DNA of 39,331 bases from a virus (taxonomy: Duplodnaviria > Caudoviricetes): IMG/VR virus record IMGVR_UViG_3300007764_000003, positions 1 to 39,331 of that record, one strand, 5' to 3'. Both the position numbers and the translations under genes were made by a program. The notes beneath the pieces are model-generated. The model was not told where the DNA came from. It saw only the letters and a program-made list of their open reading frames with translations, and did not search any database. Below, one piece after another: positions 1 to 8,792 of the stretch (positions are counted from its first letter, which is position 1; each line of letters starts with the position of its first letter).

Positions 1-780
1 ACGCATATCAAGGCCGAGCTGAGAGCGGGAGATGTGGTGGAGAAGATTCGCAGGGTGGAGAACGCTCATCGTCGCCATGAACCCACCGTCCAGAAAGAAG
101 ACCTCGCCGAGCTCGTCCGGATTCGGGCCGCCCGCATCGCTGCCGAGCCTGCCCCGCATCGAGAAGGCCCCGGTCGGCCGGTCACCCCCAAGGGCCAAGC
201 CGTCCGGGAGGTGGCCAAGGAGACGGGCTGGGCCCCGGAGACGGTCCGCAAGGCCATTCGCCCCGAAACCCCCAAGCCACCGCCCGGACGTCACCCTGAC
301 GAGCCCCCCAGGGAAGCGCCCACCCAGCCCGATCCACCGACCTACGGGCCGAAGGATGACACTGATCCGCGCCCAACCAGGGAGGGGACGCTCGTCACGT
401 TCGGGCTACGGCTTGAGGAGGACTTCGACATCGAGATAGCCGAGGTGAGGGAATACTTCGACCGAGTAGCCCAGGCCTTGGGGTCGACGCGGGCGGCCCT
501 GCGGAACCTCCTCGGCTGCGGCCACCCCGTGCCGGCGGACCGCATGGCCCAGTGGGGCGAAGAGCTGGCCACGCTGGCGGCCGAGGTGGCGCGCAGTAGG
601 CCCACCAGCCTCTGCCCGTACTGCAAGGTAGTGGAGGGCGTCATCGAGGGCTGCACGGGCTGTGAGGCCCGGGGGTGGGTCGGCAAGCATGTGCTTGAGA
701 GCGCTCCCAAGTCGCTGCTCGACGAGGATCCGATGTGGATCGTCGTCGGGGGCAAGAAAACCCAGTACCCGGAGGAGTGA
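1..780 (+). CDS. ParB-like/HTH DNA-binding protein with C-terminal Cys4 motif (5' truncated)
   Basis: Frame is open from base 1. 'RVENAHRRH' resembles the ParB 'EN..R' segment, followed by an HTH-like 'AVREVAKETGWAPETVRKAI' and CPYC...CTGC. Confidence 0.5.
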   Translation, partial: THIKAELRAGDVVEKIRRVENAHRRHEPTVQKEDLAELVRIRAARIAAEPAPHREGPGRPVTPKGQAVREVAKETGWAPETVRKAIRPETPKPPPGRHPDEPPREAPTQPDPPTYGPKDDTDPRPTREGTLVTFGLRLEEDFDIEIAEVREYFDRVAQALGSTRAALRNLLGCGHPVPADRMAQWGEELATLAAEVARSRPTSLCPYCKVVEGVIEGCTGCEARGWVGKHVLESAPKSLLDEDPMWIVVGGKKTQYPEE

Positions 781-783
781 GAG

Positions 784-837
784 ATGTCAGACAGTGACCG
801 CGTCTGGGTCAGCATTATCGGTCCGTCCCACAAATAG
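784..837 (+). CDS. 17-aa mini-ORF MSDSDRVWVSIIGPSHK
   Basis: GGAGGAG lies upstream of ATG 784. The ORF fills the gap before the helicase and contains one array-type unit (AGTGACCGCGTCTGG, 793-807). Confidence 0.25.
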   Translation: MSDSDRVWVSIIGPSHK

Positions 838-839
838 CC

Positions 840-2450
840 ATGCAGCTACGCGACTACCAGCAGGCGGCCATCGACGGAATTCATGAGGCATTCCGCGAAC
901 ATAGGTCCACCCTGCTACAGTTGCCCACCGGTACGGGTAAGTCGGTGGTGTTCGGTGACATGGCCGCGAAATGGAAGGGCTCGGTGCTCGTGCTGGCCCA
1001 CCGAAAGGAGCTCGTAAATCAGGGCCGGCAGCACCTATCACACATGTCGGGTGGCGAGTGGGTGGACGTCGAGATGGCCGATCGGCGTGCGTACAACGCC
1101 CGCATCGTGATGGCCTCGGTGCAGAGCGCCATGCAGCCCAAGCGGCTGCGCCGGCTGCAGCAGATGGGGTTCGATCTCATCATCGCTGATGAATCGCACC
1201 GTGCAGTGGCTAAGAGCTGGCGGAAGGTGCTCGACGCCTTCCCAGAGGCCAAGGTCCTGGGCGTCACTGCCACGCCGGACAGGGGCGACGGGGTGGCTCT
1301 GCGCAAGGTGTTTGAGTCGGTGGCCTACAAGCTGGACATCCTGCCGGCCATTGAGGCTGGTTGGCTGGTGGAGCCGGTGGTGGAACGGGTGTGGGTCGAC
1401 GAGGTCAACCTCGACAACGTCAAGCGGACGGCCGGTGACTTCCAGGTCCGCGACCTCGATGAGGAGATGCTCAAGGGCATCAAGGGGGTGTGCCACGAGA
1501 TCGCCAAGCGTGGTGGCGAGCGGCAGGGTATTCACTTCTTCCCGGGCGTAAAGAGCGCAGAGCAAGCCGCTGTCGAGCTGAACGAACTCCGGCCTGGATC
1601 AGCCCGCTGCATTCACGGCAAGACCCCAGAGGTCGAGCGTGACATGATGATTCGCGACTTCAAGCAAGGGCGCTTCCAGCATCTGAGCAACTGCGCCGTG
1701 CTCATCGAGGGCTTCGATGCGCCGCGGGTGAGCCTCATCAGCCAGGTTCGCCCCAGCAGCTCACGTTGCTTTGTGGCGCAATGCGTCGGACGAGGGTTGC
1801 GAGTGCTCAAGAACACGGTCGACCACCTGGCATCGCCGGAGGAGCGTCGGGCGGCCATCGCCGCAAGTGCGAAACCTGACTGTCTAATCCTTGACTTCGT
1901 GGGCAACAGCAAGCACGAACTCGTCAGTCCAGAGGACATCCTTGGTGGCCGCTACTCCGACCCTGTGGTGGCCGCGGCAAAGAAGAAGCAGCAGAAGGCC
2001 AGCGGCGAGCGGATCAACATCCTGCGAGTCCTGGCCGAGGCCCAGTCCGAGATGGAGCGCGCGGCGAAGGTCGCCGCCGAGGTCAAGAGTCGGTCGATTC
2101 GCATCGACCCCTTCAAGGCATTCAAGCTCAAGGAGAAGTCGCCCGAGTGGACCAAGCGCCATGGTGGCGGCAGGGAGCCATCCCGAAGGCAGCGCGACTA
2201 TCTAGAGAGGCAGGGCATCGACGTCAACGGCTATGATGCCGCAGCGGCCCAGCAGCTCATTGGCACCATCGAAACGAGGCGGAGGTTGGGACTGTCCGAC
2301 TATCGCCAGCAAGCTCAGCTACGGAAGTGGTGCAAGCCACCTACCAATTGCACGGCACCCAAGGCCGCGCAGGCCATTCGCTATGCCACAGGGGCCGAGA
2401 GAAGCGGCGCAGCGGTCAACAAGTACGTGCTGGAAAGGATGCTCAAGTGA
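840..2450 (+). CDS. Superfamily 2 DExH helicase (ResIII/Irc3/RadD-like)
   Basis: Q motif LRDYQ, Walker A LPTGTGKS, DESH, TATP, LIEGFDAP and motif VI QCVGRGLR. Confidence 0.92.
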   Translation: MQLRDYQQAAIDGIHEAFREHRSTLLQLPTGTGKSVVFGDMAAKWKGSVLVLAHRKELVNQGRQHLSHMSGGEWVDVEMADRRAYNARIVMASVQSAMQPKRLRRLQQMGFDLIIADESHRAVAKSWRKVLDAFPEAKVLGVTATPDRGDGVALRKVFESVAYKLDILPAIEAGWLVEPVVERVWVDEVNLDNVKRTAGDFQVRDLDEEMLKGIKGVCHEIAKRGGERQGIHFFPGVKSAEQAAVELNELRPGSARCIHGKTPEVERDMMIRDFKQGRFQHLSNCAVLIEGFDAPRVSLISQVRPSSSRCFVAQCVGRGLRVLKNTVDHLASPEERRAAIAASAKPDCLILDFVGNSKHELVSPEDILGGRYSDPVVAAAKKKQQKASGERINILRVLAEAQSEMERAAKVAAEVKSRSIRIDPFKAFKLKEKSPEWTKRHGGGREPSRRQRDYLERQGIDVNGYDAAAAQQLIGTIETRRRLGLSDYRQQAQLRKWCKPPTNCTAPKAAQAIRYATGAERSGAAVNKYVLERMLK

Positions 2451-2638
2451 AGAGACTTGACCGCGTCGGGGCCCGCGTCACTGCCCGCGTCAGGGCCCGC
2501 GTCAGTGCCCGCGTCACTGCCCGCGTCTGGGGCCGCGTCTGGGACCGCGTCAATGCCCGCGTCAGTGACCGCGTCAGTGACCACGTCTGGGACCGCGTCA
2601 ATGCCCGCGTCAGTGGCCGCGTCAGGAGGCTGCCATGA
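2447..2638 (+). CDS. Arg/Val tetrapeptide-repeat microprotein A1 (63 aa)
   Basis: GTGA overlap with the helicase stop; MKRLDRV(xxRV)n...RVRRLP. Confidence 0.7.
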   Translation: MKRLDRVGARVTARVRARVSARVTARVWGRVWDRVNARVSDRVSDHVWDRVNARVSGRVRRLP

Positions 2639-2793
2639 TGAAGAGACTTGACCGCGTCGGGGCCCGCGTCTGGTACCACGTCAGTGACCGCGTCAGTGCC
2701 CGCGTCAATGCCCGCGTCGGGGCCCGCGTCTGGGACCGCGTCAGTGCCCGCGTCTGGTACCACGTCTGGGACCGCGTCAGGAGGCTGCCATGA
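2635..2793 (+). CDS. Arg/Val repeat microprotein A2 (52 aa)
   Basis: AGGAGG SD plus ATGA overlap; MMKRLDRVGARVWYHV...DRVRRLP (below the ORF-track size cutoff). Confidence 0.75.
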   Translation: MMKRLDRVGARVWYHVSDRVSARVNARVGARVWDRVSARVWYHVWDRVRRLP

Positions 2794-2972
2794 TGAAGAG
2801 ACTTGACCGCGTCAATGCCAGCGTCAGTGTCCGCGTCAATGCCCGCGTCACTGCCCGCGTCACTGCCCGCGTCGGGGACCGCGTCAGGGCCCGCGTCTGG
2901 CGGCGCATCAGGTACCACGTCTGGCGGCGCGTCACTGCCCGCATCAGGGACCGCGTCAGGAGGCTGCCATGA
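2790..2972 (+). CDS. Arg/Val repeat microprotein A3 (60 aa)
   Basis: Same SD and ATGA coupling, same termini. Confidence 0.75.
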   Translation: MMKRLDRVNASVSVRVNARVTARVTARVGDRVRARVWRRIRYHVWRRVTARIRDRVRRLP

Positions 2973-3163
2973 TGAAGAGACTTGACCGCGTCGGGTACCG
3001 CGTCTGGGACCGCGTCAATGCCCGCGTCGGGTACCGCATCAGGGACCGCGTCATGGACCGCGTCTGGTGGCGCGTCTGGGCCCGCGTCGGGTACCGCATC
3101 AAGGACCGCGTCTGGGAACGCGTCTGGTGGCGCATCAGTGACCGCATCAGGAGGCTGCCATGA
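2969..3163 (+). CDS. Arg/Val repeat microprotein A4 (64 aa)
   Basis: Same SD and ATGA coupling, same termini. Confidence 0.75.
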   Translation: MMKRLDRVGYRVWDRVNARVGYRIRDRVMDRVWWRVWARVGYRIKDRVWERVWWRISDRIRRLP

Positions 3164-3456
3164 TGAAGAGACTTGCCCGCGTCAGTGCCCGCGTCAGTGA
3201 CCGCGTCGGGTACCGCGTCTGGGAACGCGTCGGGTACCGCATCAGGGACCGCGTCGGGGCCCGCGTCAGTGACCGCGTCGGGTACCGCGTCAGTGACCGC
3301 GTCATGGACCGCGTCGGGGCCCGCGTCTGGGACCGCGTCAGTGCCCGCATCAGGGCCCGCGTCTGGCGGCGCGTCACTGCCCGCGTCAGTGACCGCGTCA
3401 GTGACCGCGTCATGGACCGCGTCAGGTGGAGCGTCGATGCAGAGCGCGGAGCCTAG
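3160..3456 (+). CDS. Arg/Val repeat microprotein A5 (98 aa, unique C-terminal tail)
   Basis: Same SD and ATGA start. Its stop overlaps the convergent endolysin stop within CTAG 3453-3456. Confidence 0.7.
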   Translation: MMKRLARVSARVSDRVGYRVWERVGYRIRDRVGARVSDRVGYRVSDRVMDRVGARVWDRVSARIRARVWRRVTARVSDRVSDRVMDRVRWSVDAERGA

Positions 3457-3890
3457 GCACCGTCCTCTGGCCACCGACAGCCGATCAGGCGCTCCCGCGG
3501 ATACCATCTACATTGCACGCGGTTGCCCTGGTTGCCGCCGAGCAGCAACAGCCTGTCGGCGCCATAGTGCACGACAAACGCCACGTGGCCGCTGCCGGGG
3601 TTGGGCGGCCTCTTCAGCACCGCCACGGCGCCGTGCTGCAACTCCACATCCCGGCCCCATTCGAGCCAGCTACGCGCCGCCGCCGAGCCCGTGCCATCGA
3701 TTTCCACCGCACGCATGCAGAGGTTTGCGAACGCGCTGCACCATGGGGTTTCATCGCCACGCTTGCGCGCCATCCACGGCGCCACCTCGGCAATCATCTC
3801 GACCACGGTGCGGTTGTGCTTCGCGCCTGGGATTTCGGACAAGCCGTAATAGCTCCACGCGATCGGCATCCACGGGGGGAGAATGCTCAC
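3453..3890 (-). CDS. TIGR02594-family (CHAP/NlpC-like) peptidoglycan hydrolase, probable endolysin
   Basis: PPWM.IA...G.SEIPG..HN, DETPWCSAF, AARSWL.WG, SGHVAFV and LGGNQ motifs; GTGA-coupled start. Confidence 0.85.
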   Translation of the reverse strand: MSILPPWMPIAWSYYGLSEIPGAKHNRTVVEMIAEVAPWMARKRGDETPWCSAFANLCMRAVEIDGTGSAAARSWLEWGRDVELQHGAVAVLKRPPNPGSGHVAFVVHYGADRLLLLGGNQGNRVQCRWYPRERLIGCRWPEDGA

Positions 3891-4150
3891 CGTGCGCCCC
3901 CGGGAGGTGGCAGCCAAAAGACGCAGTCGAGCCTGATGCCAGACCCGCCCTTGTCGTCGGTCTCAATTTCCAGCGGATCGCAGTCCACTGCGTGCACGTC
4001 GTCCAGACCTTCCGCGTTGCGGATGTGTCGCTCCAAGACGGTGGCGATCAGCTGCAGTCCCTGCGGCACAACCGTCGGGGCTGCCTGCTCCCACAGCCCG
4101 CACCCACATGGCAGCAGCAGCGCTACCAGACATAGCTTTACACGCATCAT
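3887..4150 (-). CDS. Probable lipoprotein (o-spanin-like)
   Basis: Basic N-terminus, hydrophobic stretch and LLLPCGC lipobox-like Cys; position in lysis cassette; GGAGGAG SD. Confidence 0.45.
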   Translation of the reverse strand: MMRVKLCLVALLLPCGCGLWEQAAPTVVPQGLQLIATVLERHIRNAEGLDDVHAVDCDPLEIETDDKGGSGIRLDCVFWLPPPGGAR

Positions 4151-4543
4151 CTACTCCTCCTGTCGCCTAGCCCAGCGACGGCGGCGCGCGTCCGCCTCAT
4201 CCATTCGCCGATCCAGGTCGCCCACATCCTTCGCTGTCTCTCGGGAGATACCCCGAACCTCTGACAGCCCATCGCGTAGCCCGCTGACGCTAGACGTCAG
4301 CACGCGGTCCTTGTCATGTAGGCCGGCAAGCTCCTTACCGACCTTGGTGTCTAGCGCGTCGAGCTTCGACTCAATGCGCCCGAGCGCGTCTGTATCGCCC
4401 GACGCAAACATGCCCACGAAGCCGGGCACGGTCCCTCCGCCCGTCATCAGGGCTATCAGCCACGCCCACGGAGGCATGCCGCTCAACGGCCCCCAGCTGT
4501 CGCGCTTGGGGGCGGGGTTTGGGGGAATGATTTCGTCCGGCAT
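4151..4543 (-). CDS. Membrane protein with coiled coil (holin or i-spanin-like)
   Basis: One hydrophobic segment, heptad-like C-terminal region and basic tail; adjacent to the endolysin. Confidence 0.45.
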   Translation of the reverse strand: MPDEIIPPNPAPKRDSWGPLSGMPPWAWLIALMTGGGTVPGFVGMFASGDTDALGRIESKLDALDTKVGKELAGLHDKDRVLTSSVSGLRDGLSEVRGISRETAKDVGDLDRRMDEADARRRRWARRQEE

Positions 4544-4550
4544 ACCTACC

Positions 4551-5102
4551 TCATGCGGCCTCGAGATCCGCGGGCGACAGTCCCGCGTACATCGCGGGAA
4601 GGGTCAGCTTGGCGCTGGTGATCACAAACCCGCCCGGCGTCCATGGGCTACCGGGCGTCACGCTGAGCGGGACATCTCCCCCGGTCAGCCCGTAGTTCGT
4701 CAAGTTCGCCACGTTGTTGAACGGCTCCCCGGCCGGGTTCGTACCCGCGATCCTCCAGTGCGGCCACATACTTCGATAGTCCGCCTTCGCCTGGGCCAGC
4801 GTCATGGCGGGGGCCGGCAACGTTAGGTTGTAGGGTTTCACCGCAAACACGTGGTTTGTCGGATGCGTCAGGTGCTTGGCCACATGCCAAATATCGAGCC
4901 GCCCGCCATACAGAAAACGCAGGTCCCAGGGCACGTTTGGGTTTCCGACGAACACGGAGCCGAACTTGCCATCCGCCCGCACCCGTAGGTAATCGCTGCT
5001 GTCTTGCGCGATGCTGGCGATCTCCAGCCCGCCAACAGGCAGAACCGGCCAGTTCAGGTCATCGATAACCTCAAGGTTGCGCTGAAATATCTGCAGCGTC
5101 AC
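4551..5102 (-). CDS. Hypothetical protein (183 aa)
   Basis: GTGA-coupled to the upstream gene; protein-like composition. Confidence 0.6.
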   Translation of the reverse strand: MTLQIFQRNLEVIDDLNWPVLPVGGLEIASIAQDSSDYLRVRADGKFGSVFVGNPNVPWDLRFLYGGRLDIWHVAKHLTHPTNHVFAVKPYNLTLPAPAMTLAQAKADYRSMWPHWRIAGTNPAGEPFNNVANLTNYGLTGGDVPLSVTPGSPWTPGGFVITSAKLTLPAMYAGLSPADLEAA

Positions 5103-6232
5103 GGGTAGACCTCCGGGGCTGCAACTAGCCCGTCGTATTGCTGCACCGTGGGATGACTTCCAACGTTGAGGGTGCCGGCTGTCCAGGTGATCGCGCTGTC
5201 CGTGTCGGCGCCATCGCCCGAGGCGTAGCCACTCACAGTCAGGCGGCTGGTAGCCATCTCGTTGACGTGCAACAGCTGATCGTAACGACCCCATGTGACC
5301 GTACGCGCACACAGGTTACCGGCGCCCTGCAGGGATGCAGTCACTGCGCCACCGCCTGACTTCGCGATCGCCGCGTATTCGCTGCTACCTGTGGCGTGCG
5401 CCATTCGGCACGTTGTGCTGTTCGCTAGATCGGAGCTTGCGTGGTAGGGGATGCCGCGCTGCTGCCACGACCCGCTTTGCATGACATCCGGAACCGCGGA
5501 GTACTGCAGCAAGTCAGCACCCCTCGCGACAGGTGAAGCGGACGGAGCAATCGGACTGCCGACAAACCGACGCTCTTCGAGCTGTGGCCACCACGCGTAA
5601 AAGTCAAAGGTTTCGATCGGGTCACCAAAAAACATTCCCGCATTGCCAGACCCATCCGCCACCCACGGGTTGACCTCTGTGACGGCCGGGTGATCGCGAT
5701 GCAGCCGCGTCCAGGCCGACGTAGACAGCGCAGAGACGTCGATCGTGTAGCGGCCGAATGCCGAGCCCGCTTGGTTGTCCCAGTTGAGTGTTCCGGTCGT
5801 CGTGACGGCCTTGAAGAAGATCGATGGGCTGATGGTCGCGCTGGCCGTGAAGGCCGCTGAGAGCGTCAGGTAGGCGCCGAAACCGCCCCCAACGGTGTCC
5901 ATCAGGAATGCCGTGCTACCGCCCAACGGGTCTGTCTGGCCCGCCGTTCGACCAACGCCGGCCTCCAGCGTCCATGCAGACATCACGTCCATGTAATTGG
6001 TCGAAGCGGTCTCTATCTGGATGTGCCGAACGCCGCTGATCACGCACGTCGCGCGCTCATTAGCCGCGTAGGGGCCGGTCAGGACTTCGTTGACCGGATC
6101 CCACAGGTAGCGCCCCCCCGAGGCATTGGTGTAGGTGCCGCCAGAGGCGATGTTCAGCAGCCCGCCGATGCTATCGAACGTGTCCGGGAACCGGTCACCA
6201 AATAGGTCGCTGAACTGGCTCTGAAACGGCAT
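5099..6232 (-). CDS. Putative virion fibre/receptor-binding protein
   Basis: 377 aa, G/S/T/A-rich and beta-rich, located at the end of the structural block. Confidence 0.55.
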   Translation of the reverse strand: MPFQSQFSDLFGDRFPDTFDSIGGLLNIASGGTYTNASGGRYLWDPVNEVLTGPYAANERATCVISGVRHIQIETASTNYMDVMSAWTLEAGVGRTAGQTDPLGGSTAFLMDTVGGGFGAYLTLSAAFTASATISPSIFFKAVTTTGTLNWDNQAGSAFGRYTIDVSALSTSAWTRLHRDHPAVTEVNPWVADGSGNAGMFFGDPIETFDFYAWWPQLEERRFVGSPIAPSASPVARGADLLQYSAVPDVMQSGSWQQRGIPYHASSDLANSTTCRMAHATGSSEYAAIAKSGGGAVTASLQGAGNLCARTVTWGRYDQLLHVNEMATSRLTVSGYASGDGADTDSAITWTAGTLNVGSHPTVQQYDGLVAAPEVYP

Positions 6233-6239
6233 GGCCCGC

Positions 6240-6638
6240 CTACAACACGTAGTTGAAGAATGACTCGTAGCGTCCGGAACCGCTCGACCGGGTAGCCAAA
6301 CATCGAATCGCGAGCCACCCGGAAAAGCTGCCGTTCACCATCTCCTCGCCAGCGCCGGAAGTGGGGTCCGTGTAGGTCAGAGATGGCGACGTTGATCCGC
6401 TTATCGTGATCCAATTCGCGTTCGTGGTTCCGTTGCGAACGTCGCCGCGCACCTGCGGGTCGCTGGTGATCTCCCACGTGAGCGTAGCGGCCAAGGTCTG
6501 CCCGTCTGCCGCCAACTGATTCCAGTGGTGCCCAAAACTCCACGACTGCATCCCCCCCATGTCCAGCAGAATCGGGCCGCCCTGCACGGTGGTCGTGGTG
6601 CCGTCCAGGACGGTGTTGATGTAGACAGTGCTTGGCAT
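6240..6638 (-). CDS. Hypothetical virion structural protein
   Basis: 132 aa, beta-strand-rich, AGGGAG SD. Confidence 0.6.
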   Translation of the reverse strand: MPSTVYINTVLDGTTTTVQGGPILLDMGGMQSWSFGHHWNQLAADGQTLAATLTWEITSDPQVRGDVRNGTTNANWITISGSTSPSLTYTDPTSGAGEEMVNGSFSGWLAIRCLATRSSGSGRYESFFNYVL

Positions 6639-6641
6639 CTG

Positions 6642-8792
6642 TTATTGCTCCCTTTCGCGCCGCTCGTCGGCTTCAATGAGCTGCCGCAGCCAGTCGAGAT
6701 CGAACTCTTGCTGCTGCATTTCCATGCTTTCCCCCGCGGTGGCCCCGGCCGATGCGCGGATGCCTGCCGCCGTCGGCCCTTCCCCCAGCTTCACGAAGAA
6801 GTTGAACACGGGGTCAATGCGGCGCCCCAAGCTCCCGCCCTGCAGCGACCCGTAGGCGCCGCCCGACGACGTTCCTACATGAACGTCATGTCCACGCAAG
6901 GCGTCGGTAGCACGACTCGCCCTGGCGTCCTTGAGGATGTCTTTTAGCTCGGGATGCCTGTTCGCCATCCGCAGCAGGTCTTTGTCTCCCATCCACCCGG
7001 CCAGCTTCTGGCGCACCGCGTCGAGCTGCTGCTTGGGGATTTGGCTGCCCTTATCCGGCAAGGCTGCGTTGGGCGACAGCCCTAGGGAATGCTTCGCGTT
7101 TGCAATGTCCACCATTTCATTGTGGTGTCGCTGCTTCAGCGCCGACCATCCGCCAGGCTTGCCGTCCATTGTGAACTGATCGCGCACCTGACGCATGGCC
7201 TCGGCCAGAGACGCCATCGCGCGGTCCTTTTTGCCGCGGGCGCTGTCCCAACTGAGCTTCTGGTCCAGCTCCTCGAGCGCCACGTCCAGCTCCCGGGCAT
7301 TCATCGGGACAGCCTTGTCCGAGTCGAGGTCTCGCATGGCCTCGATACCCGTGACCTTGTCTCGCAGCTCAGCCAGATACTCCTCGCTGACCAGCGACTC
7401 ATCGGCCCGCTCCAGCGCTGCCAGGTCTTCGCGGGCCTGCGCCAAGTCGGCGTCGAACTCCTTGGGCGGCTTTCCGGTAAGCCGCTTGTAGAGCTTCTCC
7501 AGCTCCGCAGTCTCCACAAAGGGAAGCGCTTCTTCCCCACCCTCTCGCTTGCGACGCTTCAGCTCTTCCCGAACGCGCTCGAGCAGTACCGTGGTGTCTT
7601 GTGGCTGCAGGCCCTCCGGGGTCTTGTGGTAGGCATCATTTTCGGACTGGTGGGCGCGGCGCGTGGATACCTCGTCTTTGCGCACCTGGCGAATCGCGGG
7701 CTCCGCTGTGGCATGCACGATCTCGTCTGACGGGGGGGCAATCTCAGTGACGTCCTTCTCCCGTAGCGCCTTGCGGTGCCTCTTGTAGGCCGCCTCCGCC
7801 ACCCTCTCGTGTTCCGGGGGGCCCTTGACGCCGCCCCTCCCGGTCATCGCAGTCCGCCCCCCGCCCTGCTCCACAGCCCGCACTAGCTCCCCCTGCTTAC
7901 CATCCCGGACATACTGGTTCACCCTCCCAGCAAGGGCTCCGAACGGCAGCAACCCGAGGTCGACCACCGGCGCCATCAGCGCGTCCGATACGCCCGACTC
8001 CAACGCCCGCATCCCCGCCTCCCCCAGGTTCTCCGGGGTGAGCTCCTGGTCAATGGGTTCGTTGTTCAAGGACATCAGGGCGCCCGCCATCCCCGAAGCC
8101 AGCGCATCGCCGCCCAGCATGGCACCCAGCGCCGGCATGCCCGGCACGCGAGACAAGAGTCCCATGCCTCCCTTGGCTGCGGCCCCGACCGGGGCCGCCA
8201 TCGCAACCATATTGCCTGCGCCTTCCGCCAGCGCGCCTGTTAGCGAACTTTGGTCCAGTCGACCGGTCACCGGGGCGCTGATGCCACGTTCAGCCGCTAT
8301 GGGAGCGCTCGGCTCGATGTTGGCGACTTCCCGCTGATTCTGGACAGCCGCCTCCATGGAGCCGGGAGCCGACATCATCGGTATCACCGGAGGGCTTGCT
8401 AGGAATAACGCCCTCAACGGGTTTTGGACGTACGTGACGCCAGGCTCTTCGGCCGGGGCGTCAATGCCCCGCTCCGTCGCAACGGGGTAGGGATGCATGA
8501 GAGCTGCGGCTTGGTGGCCCAGGGCGGCTATGGCGCTGCTGGACCCGGGTATGGCTGCCAGTCCCTTGGAGAACTGCCTGAGCCGAGGGGAATTGGATAG
8601 CTCGCGCTCCATGTCGCGCCCCTCGTCCGGCGGGGCGGGGTCGGCAATCTTCGGCGGAGCGTCCTCTTCGTTGACCGCCTCGTACAGCCCGGAGGCGATC
8701 ATCTTCTCCAGGCCTTCCCGGGTGGGCACGGTGCCCACCTTGCCGTCTCGCTTGCGGCGCACAGGGATTGGCTTTTCCTCGGGCTCTGGCAT
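6642..8792 (-). CDS. Large probable internal virion/DNA ejection protein
   Basis: 716 aa, helical with Gly/Ala-rich hydrophobic stretches; last of a run of genes downstream of the nozzle. Confidence 0.6.
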   Translation of the reverse strand: MPEPEEKPIPVRRKRDGKVGTVPTREGLEKMIASGLYEAVNEEDAPPKIADPAPPDEGRDMERELSNSPRLRQFSKGLAAIPGSSSAIAALGHQAAALMHPYPVATERGIDAPAEEPGVTYVQNPLRALFLASPPVIPMMSAPGSMEAAVQNQREVANIEPSAPIAAERGISAPVTGRLDQSSLTGALAEGAGNMVAMAAPVGAAAKGGMGLLSRVPGMPALGAMLGGDALASGMAGALMSLNNEPIDQELTPENLGEAGMRALESGVSDALMAPVVDLGLLPFGALAGRVNQYVRDGKQGELVRAVEQGGGRTAMTGRGGVKGPPEHERVAEAAYKRHRKALREKDVTEIAPPSDEIVHATAEPAIRQVRKDEVSTRRAHQSENDAYHKTPEGLQPQDTTVLLERVREELKRRKREGGEEALPFVETAELEKLYKRLTGKPPKEFDADLAQAREDLAALERADESLVSEEYLAELRDKVTGIEAMRDLDSDKAVPMNARELDVALEELDQKLSWDSARGKKDRAMASLAEAMRQVRDQFTMDGKPGGWSALKQRHHNEMVDIANAKHSLGLSPNAALPDKGSQIPKQQLDAVRQKLAGWMGDKDLLRMANRHPELKDILKDARASRATDALRGHDVHVGTSSGGAYGSLQGGSLGRRIDPVFNFFVKLGEGPTAAGIRASAGATAGESMEMQQQEFDLDWLRQLIEADERREREQ

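Larger units (their letters stand above)
2447..3426 (+). repeat. Array A: 12-nt tandem repeats (NNN-CGC-GTC-NNN) punctuated by an invariant 29-nt junction
   Basis: TCAGGAGGCTGCCATGATGAAGAGACTTG occurs at 2622, 2777, 2956 and 3147 (spacings 155, 179, 191 nt). Confidence 0.97.

Noticed and set aside
2622-3175. CRISPR array (identical 29-nt repeats)
   Set aside because: The intervening segments are 126-162 nt, are themselves 12-nt tandem repeats and form open frames. The repeat carries SD/start/stop signals and no cas genes are present.
2447-3456. Diversity-generating retroelement as the source of variation
   Set aside because: Many variant codons are compatible with A-to-N change, but no reverse transcriptase or TR/VR pair is visible, some changes do not fit a single A-containing template (AGC in place of CGC, mixed third positions), and unit number varies. 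An RT outside the window cannot be excluded.
2381-3507. Alternative-frame ORFs over the arrays (TASG.., PDAV.., TRSL..)
   Set aside because: They are by-products of the 12-nt periodicity. Only the xRVx frame has the SD, ATG and stop/start coupling.
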